This document shows, in pieces, positions 50,094 to 61,829 of a stretch of 64,000 nucleotides of DNA. A model generated the notes under the pieces. The model saw nothing but the letters and a program-made list of their open reading frames with translations, searched no databases and was not told where the DNA came from. The stretch covers positions 5,518,001 through 5,582,000 of the forward strand of contig NC_073391.1 in the NCBI RefSeq assembly GCF_028641065.1, in the 5' to 3' direction. Origin of the DNA: Leucoraja erinacea. Its lineage: Eukaryota. Numbering within the stretch: the stretch's first letter is position 1; every line of letters begins with the position of its first letter. Position numbers and translations under genes: made by a program.

Positions 50094-50410
50094 GGGTGGC
50101 ACAGTAGTGCAGCAGTAGAGTTTCTGCTGTACAGCGCTTTCAGCACTAGAGACACGGGTGTAATCCTGACTACAGGTGCTGTCTGTATGGAGTTTGTACG
50201 TCCTCCCCGTGACCGCGTGAGTTTTCTCCGAGATCTTCGGTTTCCTTCCACAATCCAAAGATGTACAGGTTTGTAGTTAATTGGCTTGGTATAAGTGTAA
50301 TTTGTCCCTAGTGTGTGTAGGATAGTGTTAATGTGCGGGGATCGCTGGTCGGTGCGGACTAGGTGGGCTGAAGGGCCTGTGTCCGTGCTGTATCTATAAA
50401 CTAAACTAAA
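50094..50410 (+). mobile_element. HE1-like V-SINE
   Basis: Family match. Confidence 0.85.
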
Positions 50411-50898
50411 TATCTCTCAACTGTTCTGTATTTTTTAATCACCACTTCTTACTCATCTAAACTTCAATGGACTCAAGCGTGGTCTGTCCAACCCTTCCTG
50501 CTTCTGGTGTTTGTCAAATAAATCTTTAGCAAGATGCTCCCAATGCGTTAACGTTCTTTGGTAAATAAGGAGGCCAACACTGTACACAGGACCCAGATGT
50601 GATCTCAACTGAACTGCCCCTCCAACTTCGCTCCTTTTGTTTTTGACCTACTGAGCAGTAAATTATTATATTATTTTAACTTTCCGAATTACTTGCCGTG
50701 ACTACATAGTAGCCTTTGGCGAATCATGCACTAGGATATGGGATCCCCCTCCTTCTCAGAGCTCTGCAATCTCTTACATTTTCACAACGTGTTTCCCTTT
50801 TATTTTCCATCTGCCAAACTCAATCTTTCAATTTTTCTGCATTATATACTTATTTTTTTATATCTTTGCCCACTTATTTAACCTAACAATATGCCTTT

Positions 50899-51816
50899 GT
50901 ACAAGAGAGGTGCCAGAAGACTGGAGGGTGGCAAATGTTGTACCTCTTTTCAAGAAGGGCTGCAGGGAAAATGCTGGGAACTATAGGCCTGTGAGCTTAA
51001 CATCTGTAGTTGGTAACTTACTGGAGAGTATTCTGAGGAATAGGATCATTTGGATGGGCAAAGGCTGATTAGGGATAGTCAGCATGGTTTTGTATGTGGG
51101 AGGTTGTGTCTCACAAAACTGATTAATTTTTTGAAGACTCGACCAAAAAGGTTGATGTAGATGTTGTGTACATGGACTTCAGCAAGGCGTTCGACAAGGT
51201 ACATGGTGGACTGCTCTGGAAGGTTAGATCGCATGAGATCCAAGGAGAGATAGCTGAATTAATAGCAAATTGGCTCCATGGAAGGAAGCAGAGGGTAATG
51301 GTGGGAGGTTGCTTCTCAGACTGGAGGCCTGTGACTAGTGGTGTGCCTCAGGGTTCCGGTGCTGGGCCCGTTACTGTTTGTCACCTAGATCAATGATTTG
51401 TATTAGAACATACAGGGCAAGATTCACAAGTTTGCTGATGATACAAAAGTGAGTGGTTTTGCAAATAGCGAAGATGGTTGTGAAAGTTTGCAGCAGGATC
51501 TGGATCGATTGGCCAGGTGGGCAGAGGAAGGATTAATGGAATTTAATACAGAGAAGTGTGAGGTGTTGCATTTTGAGAAATCAAACAAGTGCAGGACCTA
51601 CACAGTAAATGGTGGGCCTCTGGGTAATGTTGTAGAGCAGAGGGATCTAGGAGTGCAGGTGCATTGGTTCCTTGAAGGTCAAGTCTCAGGTAGATAAGAT
51701 GGTCAAAAAGGCTTTTGGCCTTCATCAGTCAGAGTATTGAGTATAGAAGTTGGAAGGTCAAGTTGCAGTTGGAAAAGACGTTGGTGAGACCGCATTTAGA
51801 ATATTTTGTTCAGTTC
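50899..51816 (+). mobile_element. CR1 LINE RT fragment
   Basis: VPEDWRVANVVPLFKKG, YMDFSKAFDKV, VTSGVPQGS and KFADDTK. Confidence 0.85.
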
Positions 51817-51986
51817 GGTCAAGGAAAGAGCGTTCACGTCGCGGCCCTGTTTCCACCAATGTCTCCACCACAACGCACAACAAGCACAAGAAGCGACAAG
51901 GCAGACACCATTGTATGCAGAAGCCGAGAAGTGTGTTCAGCTCTGGCTGAATCTCTTCTAATCTTGTGTGTGGACTTGATATGAAG
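51817..51986 (+). mobile_element. Second copy of family B ribozyme-headed retroposon, inserted in a CR1 LINE
   Basis: GGTCAAGGAAAGAGCGTTCACGTCGCGGCCCTGTTTCCACCAAT... is colinear with the reverse complement of 35656-35828. Flanked by (C/T)AGTTC at 51811-16 and 51987-92. Confidence 0.85.
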
Positions 51987-52038
51987 TAGTTCTGGGTGTT
52001 AGGTGCGGTAACTGGTGAGGTGAAAGGTGTGGAACAAG

Positions 52039-53181
52039 CAGGGCCGGCTTTAGGAGTTGCCGTGCCCAATTGGGAACAATTTTGGTGAGCCCCAGGTTCC
52101 CAGCCAAGGTCTGTAGATTCATAGAAATATAATTAAAGTCTATTATAGACTTTATATCTCTATGGTAGAATGGAAAGTAATCAAAATATGCACTTAAAAA
52201 AGTGCCTGCGACTTAATGGACCAAACAGATCTAAGCTGCATTTTAATATAAAATTGCATACATATAAGCCTACAAGTAACAAACAAAATGTGTAGATCAC
52301 CTCTGAAAAATACAAACTTACAATACCACTTGTTTTAGTGACTGTGAAATGAAAAAAAAAAGGTGATTTAATTAAATAGATCCTGGAAAACCAATAACCA
52401 TTGGTGAAAAAACAGTCCAGGCATTACATTTTGGGCTTCAGCCCCATCCTACCCTTTGGGCTTCTACCCCACCCTAACTTAGTTTTGTGTGTTAGTTGTA
52501 TGTTCATGATGTGTGTGTGTTAGTTGTCTGTGCGTTNNNNNNNNNNNNNNNNNNNNNNNNNNNNNNNNNNNNNNNNNNNNNNNNNNNNNNNNNNNNNNNN
52601 NNNNNNNNNNNNNNNNNNNNNNNNNNNNNNNNNNNNNNNNNNNNNNNNNNNNNNNNNNNNNNNNNNNNNNNNNNNNNNNNNNAGGGGAGAAAGAAGGGAT
52701 GGAGCAAATGAGAGAAGGGAAAAGAGAGAGGAAGGAGGGAGGGAAGGATAGAGAGAAGGGAGGGAGGGAAGAAGGGAAGGAGAGAAGGGAGGGAGAGGAC
52801 CGGCAGTGGGAGCGGATGCCGGGGTCTGGGCAGACGGGTGGGAGCTGAGGTTGAGGTTTGTAAACGTTGCTCCAACCCCCGGCCCGACCCTCCGTGTATT
52901 GTTCACTGCGTCTCCCCGGGGAGAGGGGGGGTGGAGCCGGGGCTGAGCGCGTGAAGCACGGCGACTGGAGGTGTGGGGGTGCTGCCGTAAGCGACAGCAC
53001 ACCCCTCCCTCCTCCTCCCTCCCCCCCCCCCCCCCCTTCTCCATTCCCCTCTCACACCCCCCCCCCCCCCCGTCTACCCCTTTCTTCCCCCTCCACCCCT
53101 CTACTCTCTCTCTGCCCCCTCTCGCCCCCATCCACCCAGGGTAGATCTACCCGAGCCGAGAGTAGATTACGGCCGGCTTTG
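52039..53181. mobile_element. hAT-type non-autonomous element (possibly composite) spanning the assembly gap
   Basis: Ends CAGGGCCGGCTTTA / TTACGGCCGGCTTTG. Imperfect 8-bp TSD GGAACAAG/GAAGCAAG. The host Penelope ORF is continuous on both sides. Confidence 0.6.
52537..52682. other. Assembly gap (146 N)
   Basis: Run of N. Confidence 1.
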
Positions 53182-53428
53182 GAAGCAAGGGATCTCTATC
53201 CTTGTTTGGTCTAGGGAGAGGGGGAGCAAGAGCATTACTATGGGGCACAGAGGAGAGATGTAGGTGAGGGATCCATCTATGACAGCAGGGGGGAAACCAC
53301 ACTTTCTGAAGTATGAGGATATCTCAGATATCCTAGAATGGAAAGTGTCATCTTGGGAGCAGATGGGTAGAAATGGAGAAATTGAGAATAGGGAATAGTG
53401 TCTTTGCAAGAGGCAGGGTGGGAGGAAT
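53182..53428 (-). mobile_element. Penelope-like element ORF fragment, continuing at about 51996-52038 across a nested insertion
   Basis: SSHPASCKDTIPYSQFL / ICSQDDTFHSRISEISSYFRKCGFP...NKDRDP, and LV.TFHLTS on the far side of the insertion. Confidence 0.75.
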
Positions 53429-53686
53429 TGCAAGGAGGAGATTCTTGATTAGTAAGAGTGTCAGGGGTTATGTGGCAAAGGCAGGAGAATGGGGTTGCGA
53501 GGGAAAGATAGTTCAGTCATAAATGAATGGTGGAGTAGACTTGATGGGCCAAATGATCTTATTCTACGCCTAGGATCTATAAACATATGAACTTATATGG
53601 TTTTAATAGGCAGGAGGCACAAATGTTTATTTAATGAGATGCTGCTTATATACTGCTTATATTTAATGAGATACTGCTGAGTTACT

Positions 53687-54157
53687 GGGCGGAATGGTGA
53701 CGCAGAGGTAGAGTCGCTGCCTAACAGTTATTACAGTGTCGGAGACCCAGGTTCGATCCCGACTATAGGTGCTGTCTCAATGGAGTTTGCACGTTTTCCC
53801 TGTGACCATGTGGATTTTCTCCAAGATTTTCAGTTTCCCCTCACACTCCAAAGATGTACAGGTTTGTAGGTTAATTGGCTTGGTATAAGTGTAAAATGGT
53901 CCCTTATGTGTGTACGGTAGTATTAATGTATGGATATCGCTGGTCGATGCGGACTCAGTGGGCTGAAGGGACTGAAGGGCCTGATTCCTTGCTGAATCTC
54001 TAAACTAAACTAAACTAAACTAAACACATGCTACACATTGAGGAAAAAGAGGTCTCAGGACTAGTGTGTGTTAATGTGCGGGGATCTTTGGTCAGTGTGA
54101 ATTCGGTAGACCAAATGGCCTGTTTCCGCGCTGTATCTCTAAACTAAACTAAACTAG
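53687..54157 (+). mobile_element. HE1-like V-SINE plus an additional 3' fragment
   Basis: Family match at 53687-54025, with a tail fragment at 54060-54157. Confidence 0.8.
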
Positions 54158-54797
54158 AGAGGGAAATAGCCAGATGTTCCAGTGAAGTTACCAAGCTCTT
54201 CATTGATTCTCCCCAATGTGGGAAGTTACGGAAAGAAAACAATTGGCTTAACTGAGATTTTTGCCATACATTCCACTCTAGAGAATGACCTCAAAATCTA
54301 GAGGCAGATAGTGTTAATCAAAAAATGTTTTTTTTCTTTGCAAGATGCATGCAAACTGACTTAGCTGTCTGCATAGTTTAATCAGCTCTCTTGAGGGCTG
54401 CAATTCCCTTTACATGCAGGATTGTCTAACCTTGCCTTGAGATTTAGTTAAGCTTACAGTGATCTACCTGGCATGTTGGCAACAAACTCTGACTGATAAT
54501 TGCTTTTACTATTGGATTTCATGCCTTCATGGGATCCCGTTTCAGTCCTTGAATATAATAGAGGATTGAGCTAAAAATATTTTATATTTCAGAGATACTC
54601 GCAAACAAGCCCAAGAAAAGGGCTGTCATGAAATCACATATTTGCAATGGACAATTTTTAAAGTAATTCTTCGAGTAGACAATAATAAATAAAATTGTAA
54701 TTCTTGGAACTTAGGTGAATATTTGTAGATAACATGAAAGCAGTATTCGCCCAAAAGTATCAGACTGTCTGAATCTGTGAATTTCAAACCATCACTG

Positions 54798-55092
54798 TGG
54801 GTGGTGCAGTGGTAGAGTTGCTGCCTTACAGTGCTAACAGTGTCAGAGACGCGGGTTCGATCCCGACCACTGTCTGTACATTCTCCCCGTGACCACATGG
54901 GTATTCTCCGATATCTTTGGTTTCCTCCCACACTCCAAAGACGTACAGGTTTACAGAATAATTGGCTTGGTATAAATGCAAATTGTCCCTTGTGCGTCGT
55001 GTAAGATAATGTTAAGGTGTGGGGATCGCAGGCCGGCGCGGGCTCGCTGTACCTCAAACGGCCTGTTTCCGCCCTGTACCTCTAAACTAAAC
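54798..55092 (+). mobile_element. HE1-like V-SINE
   Basis: Family match. Confidence 0.82.
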
Positions 55093-57137
55093 TGGTTGCT
55101 TCTTTGGGATTTCATTTTGACGATGTTACATGACTTTGATTGAAACTACGTTGACTCACTTACATCTTTAATATCCTGGAAAGGAGATTATTGAAGGGTG
55201 ACAGCTTTTTGGAATAATAGGCAAAAAATGATATGGAAACAGATGGAGAAGAGAAATAACAATACATTGAATTTTAATTGTCATTTTTGTCTCCTTTGAA
55301 GCAAGCAGAATTAGAGATTTATTTTCAGCTTAAAACATAGTTATGAATTAACTTTCCTGAAAATGTACACATTTGATGTTGTTATTATAGTTTTGGCATG
55401 CCGATTTTACTGTTCTACACAGTTTGACACCGAACCTCCACGCAGCTTGCAGCATTGTAAAAACAATAATTTCATTGATTTTGTTTGCATTATTTATGGT
55501 TGAGTGTTGATGTTTGCAGTGCATTTGTGGACCAAATTTGCATCCCTACCGTTTTTTGTTGTAAGAGCTGTCAATGAATATGACTGTGAGGTCTTAGCTT
55601 TTTCAGATTAACTCTCCGGGTCCAAGTGTGTAGGAAAGAACTGCAGATGTTGGCTTAAATCGAAGGTAGACGCAAAATGCTGGAGTAACTCAGCGGGACA
55701 GGCAGCACCCCTGGAGAGAAGGAATGGATGATGTTCCAAGGATGACTTACTAAAACTCTGAGTTTCTGGAGACTGAGATGGCAAATGTTGCTAATGTGGA
55801 GAATGCAGACTCCTTCACAGATGGAAAACTGATGACCAACCGGGTTTGCCTGTAAGATGGTGCACTCCCTCCACTGCTTATGAAGAGACTTCTGTGGGCA
55901 CCCAATGCATGGTCTTAGCGACCTTAGCACCAACTCTCTTTGAGGAGTCATGGCCCACAGTTCGCAGAAGGTAGGAACGTGTGTGTAGGAAGGAACTGCA
56001 GGTGTTGGTTTAAACCAAAGATGAAAATGAATTACAGACAATGAGACTCAACAAGATGACTCTGAAGTTAGTACAAAGACTTGGGCGGCGCCTATGCCTT
56101 TTATCCTAAGATGCTGTCTGTCCCGCTGAGTTACTCCAGCATTTTGTGTCTATCTACGATTCCAGAAGGCAGTGTGAATGATGCGTTTCTACACGGATAC
56201 TTAGTGCACACCTTAAATCTTTTCCTCTCTTTGCCTGATAATTCCTTTCCATTGACTCTACCTTCAGAAATAATTGGAGACAGACACGCTTGCAAGACTG
56301 TTTGATGCTGAATGTTTTATATTTCCTGTGGAGTATTTTTAATAATAATGGTGCAATTTTTCAATATTTCTACATGAGGAAATCTAATGATGTATATTCT
56401 CAGTTTGGCAAGCTGTACTTTCCTTTTTTTGGAAATACAACTGGTTATTATTTATGATCTATAGTATATTAGTTACTGTGTATGAAGCAAGGGGAAGGTT
56501 TTCACACGTCAACAAATTTTTATTTCAAAAAAAGGTGTTATTTTGCCATTTCACTAACTCTACCTAGTATTTTTTTGGATGCAAAGAAATTTGATGAACT
56601 ATGGTAAACTTACAAAAGAAAACTTCTCGTGCTGCCTTTACCCAAATGAACAGATAGGCAACAGCTTGATTTGTAACAGAACACTTCAATTTAATTGTTG
56701 TTAGCTCTTGAACTGACCACTGCTCATTGTAGTAAAATGGAATAATAAAGTATAAAATCACTAACTTTGCCTTTAAAATGTGATCTTTATGTACTTCTGA
56801 CTGGGCGATGTGCTGTCTTAAGAAGACAATATGAACCATTATATATGCAAGGAATGGATTTTGACTTTTACATTACACAATGAAACTCCTAAGCAATCTT
56901 CCCATATCATATGGAAAATAGAAATAGCTTGCAGATGGCACTTAAACTCAGTGCAGATAAATAGGTTTGTGAACCAATTAGAAACCATTTTAAGAAAATG
57001 ATCCAGATGGCACATCAAACGGAATACGATGTTATTTCATCAAATATAAGAACTTAATGTTATCTGCAATTGAGGCAAAGGGATGATTTAATAAGAGGGA
57101 TTTGGTCTCTAAAAATTGAGATGTTAACAATGAGGAT

Positions 57138-57447
57138 GTTTAGTTTAGTTTAGTATAGACATACAGAGCGGAAACAGGCACTTTGGCCCACCAGGTCCGC
57201 GCCGACTAGTGATCCCCACACACTAACACTATCCTACACACACTAGGGCCATTTTACTATTTTTTTAACCGTATCCAATTGACCTACAATCTTTGGAATG
57301 TGGGAGGAAACCAGAGCACCCGGAGAAAACCCATGCAGGTCACGAGGAGAATGTACAAACTCTGTATAGACAGTACCAGTGGTTAGGATTGAGCCTGGGT
57401 CTCTGGCGCTGTAAGGCAGCAATTCTACCGCTGCGCCACCATACTGC
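57138..57447 (-). mobile_element. HE1-like V-SINE
   Basis: Family match. Confidence 0.85.
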
Positions 57448-58069
57448 ACCTCTTGTCTTGTCTCCTAATTCAAAATAGACCTCCAAACTAGTACTAAAAT
57501 GCTGCATTGTTTATATTTGCACTTATCTGAAGCTGAATGAATACAGAATAGGTAAGATGCTACAGTATAGCAAGATCCCAACTAACAATTAACATAAAAT
57601 GCCCCAATACAAAGAGATGTGACTTGAGGGTTGTCTGCCTTTCAGAATTGGGGAGGACCTCTGCCAGCAGGAATACACTCTGATTGATGAATGATTGGGT
57701 GGGAACACCTGACTTTGGTATAGATCTGCTTGAGAAGATGGGAATTGGCAAGTTGACTCAAGATGCTTGGGAGAGCAAGAGTGTCTAGGGAGAGTTCATG
57801 TCATGATTAGCTGGTTTTTGGTGAACATGGATATGAGGCATGTGCATTAAGATATGATGTATGGTGAGAGTTTCAAGCCACAGAGCAAATGAAGTCATTG
57901 ATTAACCAGTAATTATCAGAAAGGCACAGGCAGCATATAAGTGTTTGAAATGGATGAAATAAAGTAATTCTTCTTCTTCTTCTTTGGAAAGTCTTGTTTA
58001 AAACAATAGTTTTGTCCCATTTGAGACTTTCACCAGTTGAATAGTCTTGAGGAAAGAGAAGTTGGACCC

Positions 58070-58235
58070 AAAATACCGGAGTAACTCAGTTACTGGAGTA
58101 ACTGGCAGCATCTCTGGAGAGAAGGAATGGGCGACATTTCGCGTCGAGACCCTTCTTCAGATTGATGTCAGGGGAGTGGGCAGGGCAGAGATAGAATGTA
58201 GTCGAAGACAGTAAGACTGGTGGGAGAACTGGGAA

Positions 58236-58271
<36 letters not shown>

Positions 58272-58320
58272 TGGAGAGAGAGGGAAAGCTAGGGCTATTT
58301 GAAGTTAGAGGTCAATGTTG
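58070..58320 (-). mobile_element. Penelope-like element 3' end with poly-G tract
   Basis: Same architecture as 31615-32017. Hammerhead-like CTGAAGAAGGGTCTCGACGCGAAATGTC on the minus strand. Confidence 0.7.
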
Positions 58321-58578
58321 AGGAAACTTGAGGAAAAGTTTATCTTAACAATGTCTAGTGATCAGCGATACCTGATGGAAGATCAAATAGCCACTTTGAA
58401 TTTGATCCATTTGGATCTGTCCACATTTTCTGTGGTAGTGCAAAACTAACTACTATTTTCATTGTTGGGTCATAAATGTTATTAACAATGGCTTCATCCC
58501 ATGCCTTCCTCCAGGCGACTGCAGTGTTGAGCAGTCTCATAGCATGGGAAGATCTACATTGCTCTTCATTGCTCTTAT

Positions 58579-58893
58579 GGGCAGCACGGTGGTGCAGCGT
58601 TAGGGCCTTACAGCACTTTCAGCGCCGGGTGGTCGATCCCAACTCGGGTCCTGTCTGTGCATAGTTTGTAAGTTCACCCTGTGACCATGTGGTTTTTCTC
58701 CAAGATCTTCGGTTTCCTTCCACACTCCAAAGGCGTACAGATTTGTAGGTTCATTGGCTTCGTATAAATGTAAAATTGTCCCTATTGTGTGTAGGATAGT
58801 GTTAATGTGCGGGGATTGATTGCTGGTCGGTGCGGACTCGGTGGGCCGAAGAGCCTGTTTCTGCGCTGGTATCTCTAAACTAAAAAAACTAAA
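58579..58893 (+). mobile_element. HE1-like V-SINE
   Basis: Family match. Confidence 0.82.
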
Positions 58894-59674
58894 TGTAATT
58901 AACCTCCCGATATGCATCTGCTCAATAAATATCTTGGGAGAAATACTGGATCTCATTAGTTCAGGACTACAGTGAGAGCATTCCTTGCAGAATTTAGTTG
59001 GGCAAATAGTTATTTATAAGTGTTTACATTCCTACAGGTGGCCACTGAAAAGACCATTGCAAAGATTGAAAGTACTCCTACCATGTTACCATATCACTGT
59101 TACATTCAACTCTCTTAGTCAGGTTCCTGAGTTGTTTCTAAATAGTAATAGGAGCCATAGCTGATTTGAAACCTCATTTCACATGCCATGGTATTCTAAA
59201 TGTGGTTATTTCAGACAGTTGATGAGTATTTAACTGGAGGGAATTGCAATAGCTTGCACGATATGATGTCATGTCCCCAGCTTGCCATTGTATTATTCAA
59301 TCACACGGCAATGCAGAAAAAGTAGTAATTATAAAATAAGTCCTCAAAAAGTACAGGCACACCCCATAACAGCTCAGTTTTCCTGGCTGCATTTACTGTC
59401 CGAGACAAATGTTCCGTTTTTAATGTAATGTTAAAATAAGTTTATGTATTATTTCAATAACTTCATAACATTGGAATGGTTCAGGCCTCAAAACTGCTTG
59501 GTCCCTGGAGTTAAATTGGTGCATTCAGGGCGGTAGTTTATCGATGGCCTGTCCCATTGCAAATTGTTATAGCAGACAAGATCAAAGGCATTGTGTGACC
59601 AAGGGGACACCTCGAACACTCAATGCTTTTGGCCTTAATGTTGAAAAGAGGAAGCCACAAAGATCTTGAGGATG

Positions 59675-59899
59675 TGTGCAGGAAGGAACTGCAAATGCTG
59701 GTTTACACCGAAAATAGACACACAAATGCTGGAGTAACTCAACGGGACAGGCAGCATTTCTGGCGAGAAGGAATGGGTGACATTTTGGGTCAAGACCAAC
59801 TTCAGGAAGGCTCTTCTTCAGGCGTCACGACCCGAAAGGTCACCCATTCCTTCTCTCTAGAGATGCTGCCTGTCCTGCTGAGTTACTCTGGAATTTTGT
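59675..59899. mobile_element. Penelope-derived fold-back mini-element
   Basis: 16-bp TSD AAAGATCTTGAGGATG at 59659-74 and 59900-15. Confidence 0.8.
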
Positions 59900-61215
59900 A
59901 AAGATCTTGAGGATGCCACATTCCCATGGGATTGGTGGGAATTAAGCTAATCAGAATGTAAGGATTAGTGGGATTAGCGTAGCTGGGACACATTGGCCAA
60001 TGTCCGAAGGGCATGTTTCCACGCTGTATCATTCTGTGACTCTATGATTGGGTTGGGTCATCACTGCAGTTTCACTTGGAATGATTATAGCAAATAATGT
60101 ATATTCATTGAAGGGGGACCTGGGCTAACCACAAAGGAGAACAGAATATGCGGCTGAATTGATGGGGGTAGATTAAGGAGTAAAGAAGGTTTGGTGGAGC
60201 ACACACACAAGCATACTCTGAGGAAGGGTCTCAACCTGATACGTCACCTATTCCTTTTCTCCAGAGATGCTCTCAGACCCGCTGAGTTACAACAGTTTGT
60301 GTCTGTCGTCGGTTTAAACCAGCATCTGCAGTTCTTTCCCACACAAGCAGAGATGTGTTGGGTCAGGAGCACGGCTTCTGTTTTGTGACTACTTTGCATT
60401 ACTTGGTAACTCGGTAATTCAATGAATGCATTTATAAGCTCATCAACCATCAAAAGAGTCCAAATAATGATAGATGGGTCCATGCAGTGACCGTCCATTC
60501 AACTGGTCCAAATGATTTACTTAATTTCAAAATTTTGGAAAATAGCGAAACAGTTGGATCAACATTATTGATTTTGTTTCGCTCTTGATAATGCTTTCTT
60601 TATCATTGTCAGGTAGTCAGAGGCATTGCATTGCACGGCACTATATTATTTAATCATTTCAGTCTTGTGACATAGCTTACGGAAAAGCAGACAGCACAGC
60701 TTGTTAATCTTTAGTACATTGCTGATATTGCTGGCGCTTTTAAGAGATATCAGAATCAGATTTATGGCAAGTAATATCACTCCTCCCACGTCAGTTGCAA
60801 ATCTAGACCGTATTCAGTTTGGATGAAAGACAGAATCTTCCCATTTTTAAAGCATTGGTTGTGGTTCGTAATTCTTCACTGTTTCACTGATAAATTACCA
60901 GCTCACACAAAATGATTTAACACTATGTTATAGTTTCTTGTTGTTTATTCTTCTGAGCTGTGAATTTAATGTTACTCCATTTGTTATTTGTGCGGTAGAT
61001 GTTGCTTCAGGCAGCAATATTGAGCTATTTAACTTCTCTTTTTATGTACTTATGTCCTACAGCGAAATATTTGAATTATGAAATCTCAATCATGTCCATG
61101 GTTTTGATTATCTGCTTTGCATTATTTTACTGCCTATCACATATTATTTATGCAACAAATATATACCAAACCCACTCATAGCTCTTGATTTCCAATCCCT
61201 TTTTTTGTGTTACAG

Positions 61216-61318
61216 AGGTAAAGAGGTTGGCCATGACGTAGACCTTCTGATCAGCTGCCTAGAGGAAGGGAATGTAGAAGGTCTCCTTCACAAAGCCCTC
61301 AGTAAGCTAGACCGTCAG
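61216..61318 (+). CDS. POLM: Internal coding exon of a family-X DNA polymerase, most likely DNA polymerase mu (exon 8 equivalent, catalytic DxD motif); TdT/DNTT not fully excluded
   Basis: Polypyrimidine tract and TACAG acceptor (AG 61214-15), GTAGGT donor at 61319. Translation (phase 2): (R)GKEVGHDVDLLISCLEEGNVEGLLHKALSKLDRQ. It has the same 34-codon length and boundaries as human POLM [34 protein letters not shown], compared from memory. Confidence 0.8.
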
Positions 61319-61555
61319 GTAGGTATCACCTATTGCATTTTTTAAATTCATTTTTGGGGATCTGGGCAATGTGGGCAAGGTATGCGTGAATTACCCATTG
61401 CCAATTGTCTTTGAGAAGGTGATGGTGAGCCACTTCAACAACTCCAGTTGTTCTTCTGCTCAAGGAACTCCTTCACTGTAGATTAGAGTGTTTGAGGATG
61501 AAAGCCAGGAACAATGAAAGATTCACAACGTTAGCAAAATTTGGATGGCGTAAGA

Positions 61556-61829
61556 AAATTTGGCTCCCCCCGCCACGGGTACCATGTAATCCCGTGCTAC
61601 CTGCTCCATGGCCGGATAGTCGGCGACTAAACCGTTTCCCCCACCTGGTTTGCCAGGTGAGGAGGGGGCTGTGGACCCCCAGCAGGACCAAATGCAAGAC
61701 CTGTCAAAGGGTGGATGAACTCTTAGCGAGCCAACGGCCATCCACACTTCACTAGAAGTTGCGATCACTGTCGTACATAGCGTTGTAAGGCACCGTGCCT
61801 GGTGATGTTTTCAACGATGATGATGATGA
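61556..61829 (+). mobile_element. About 275-bp short retroposon with a (GAT)n tail, RTE-derived-like
   Basis: Imperfect 14-bp TSD TGGATGGCGTAAGA/TGGATGGCATATGA. GC-rich body and (GAT)5 tail. Confidence 0.6.

Noticed and set aside
52479-53214. ORFs containing X runs
   Set aside because: They span the assembly gap and low-complexity purine-rich DNA.
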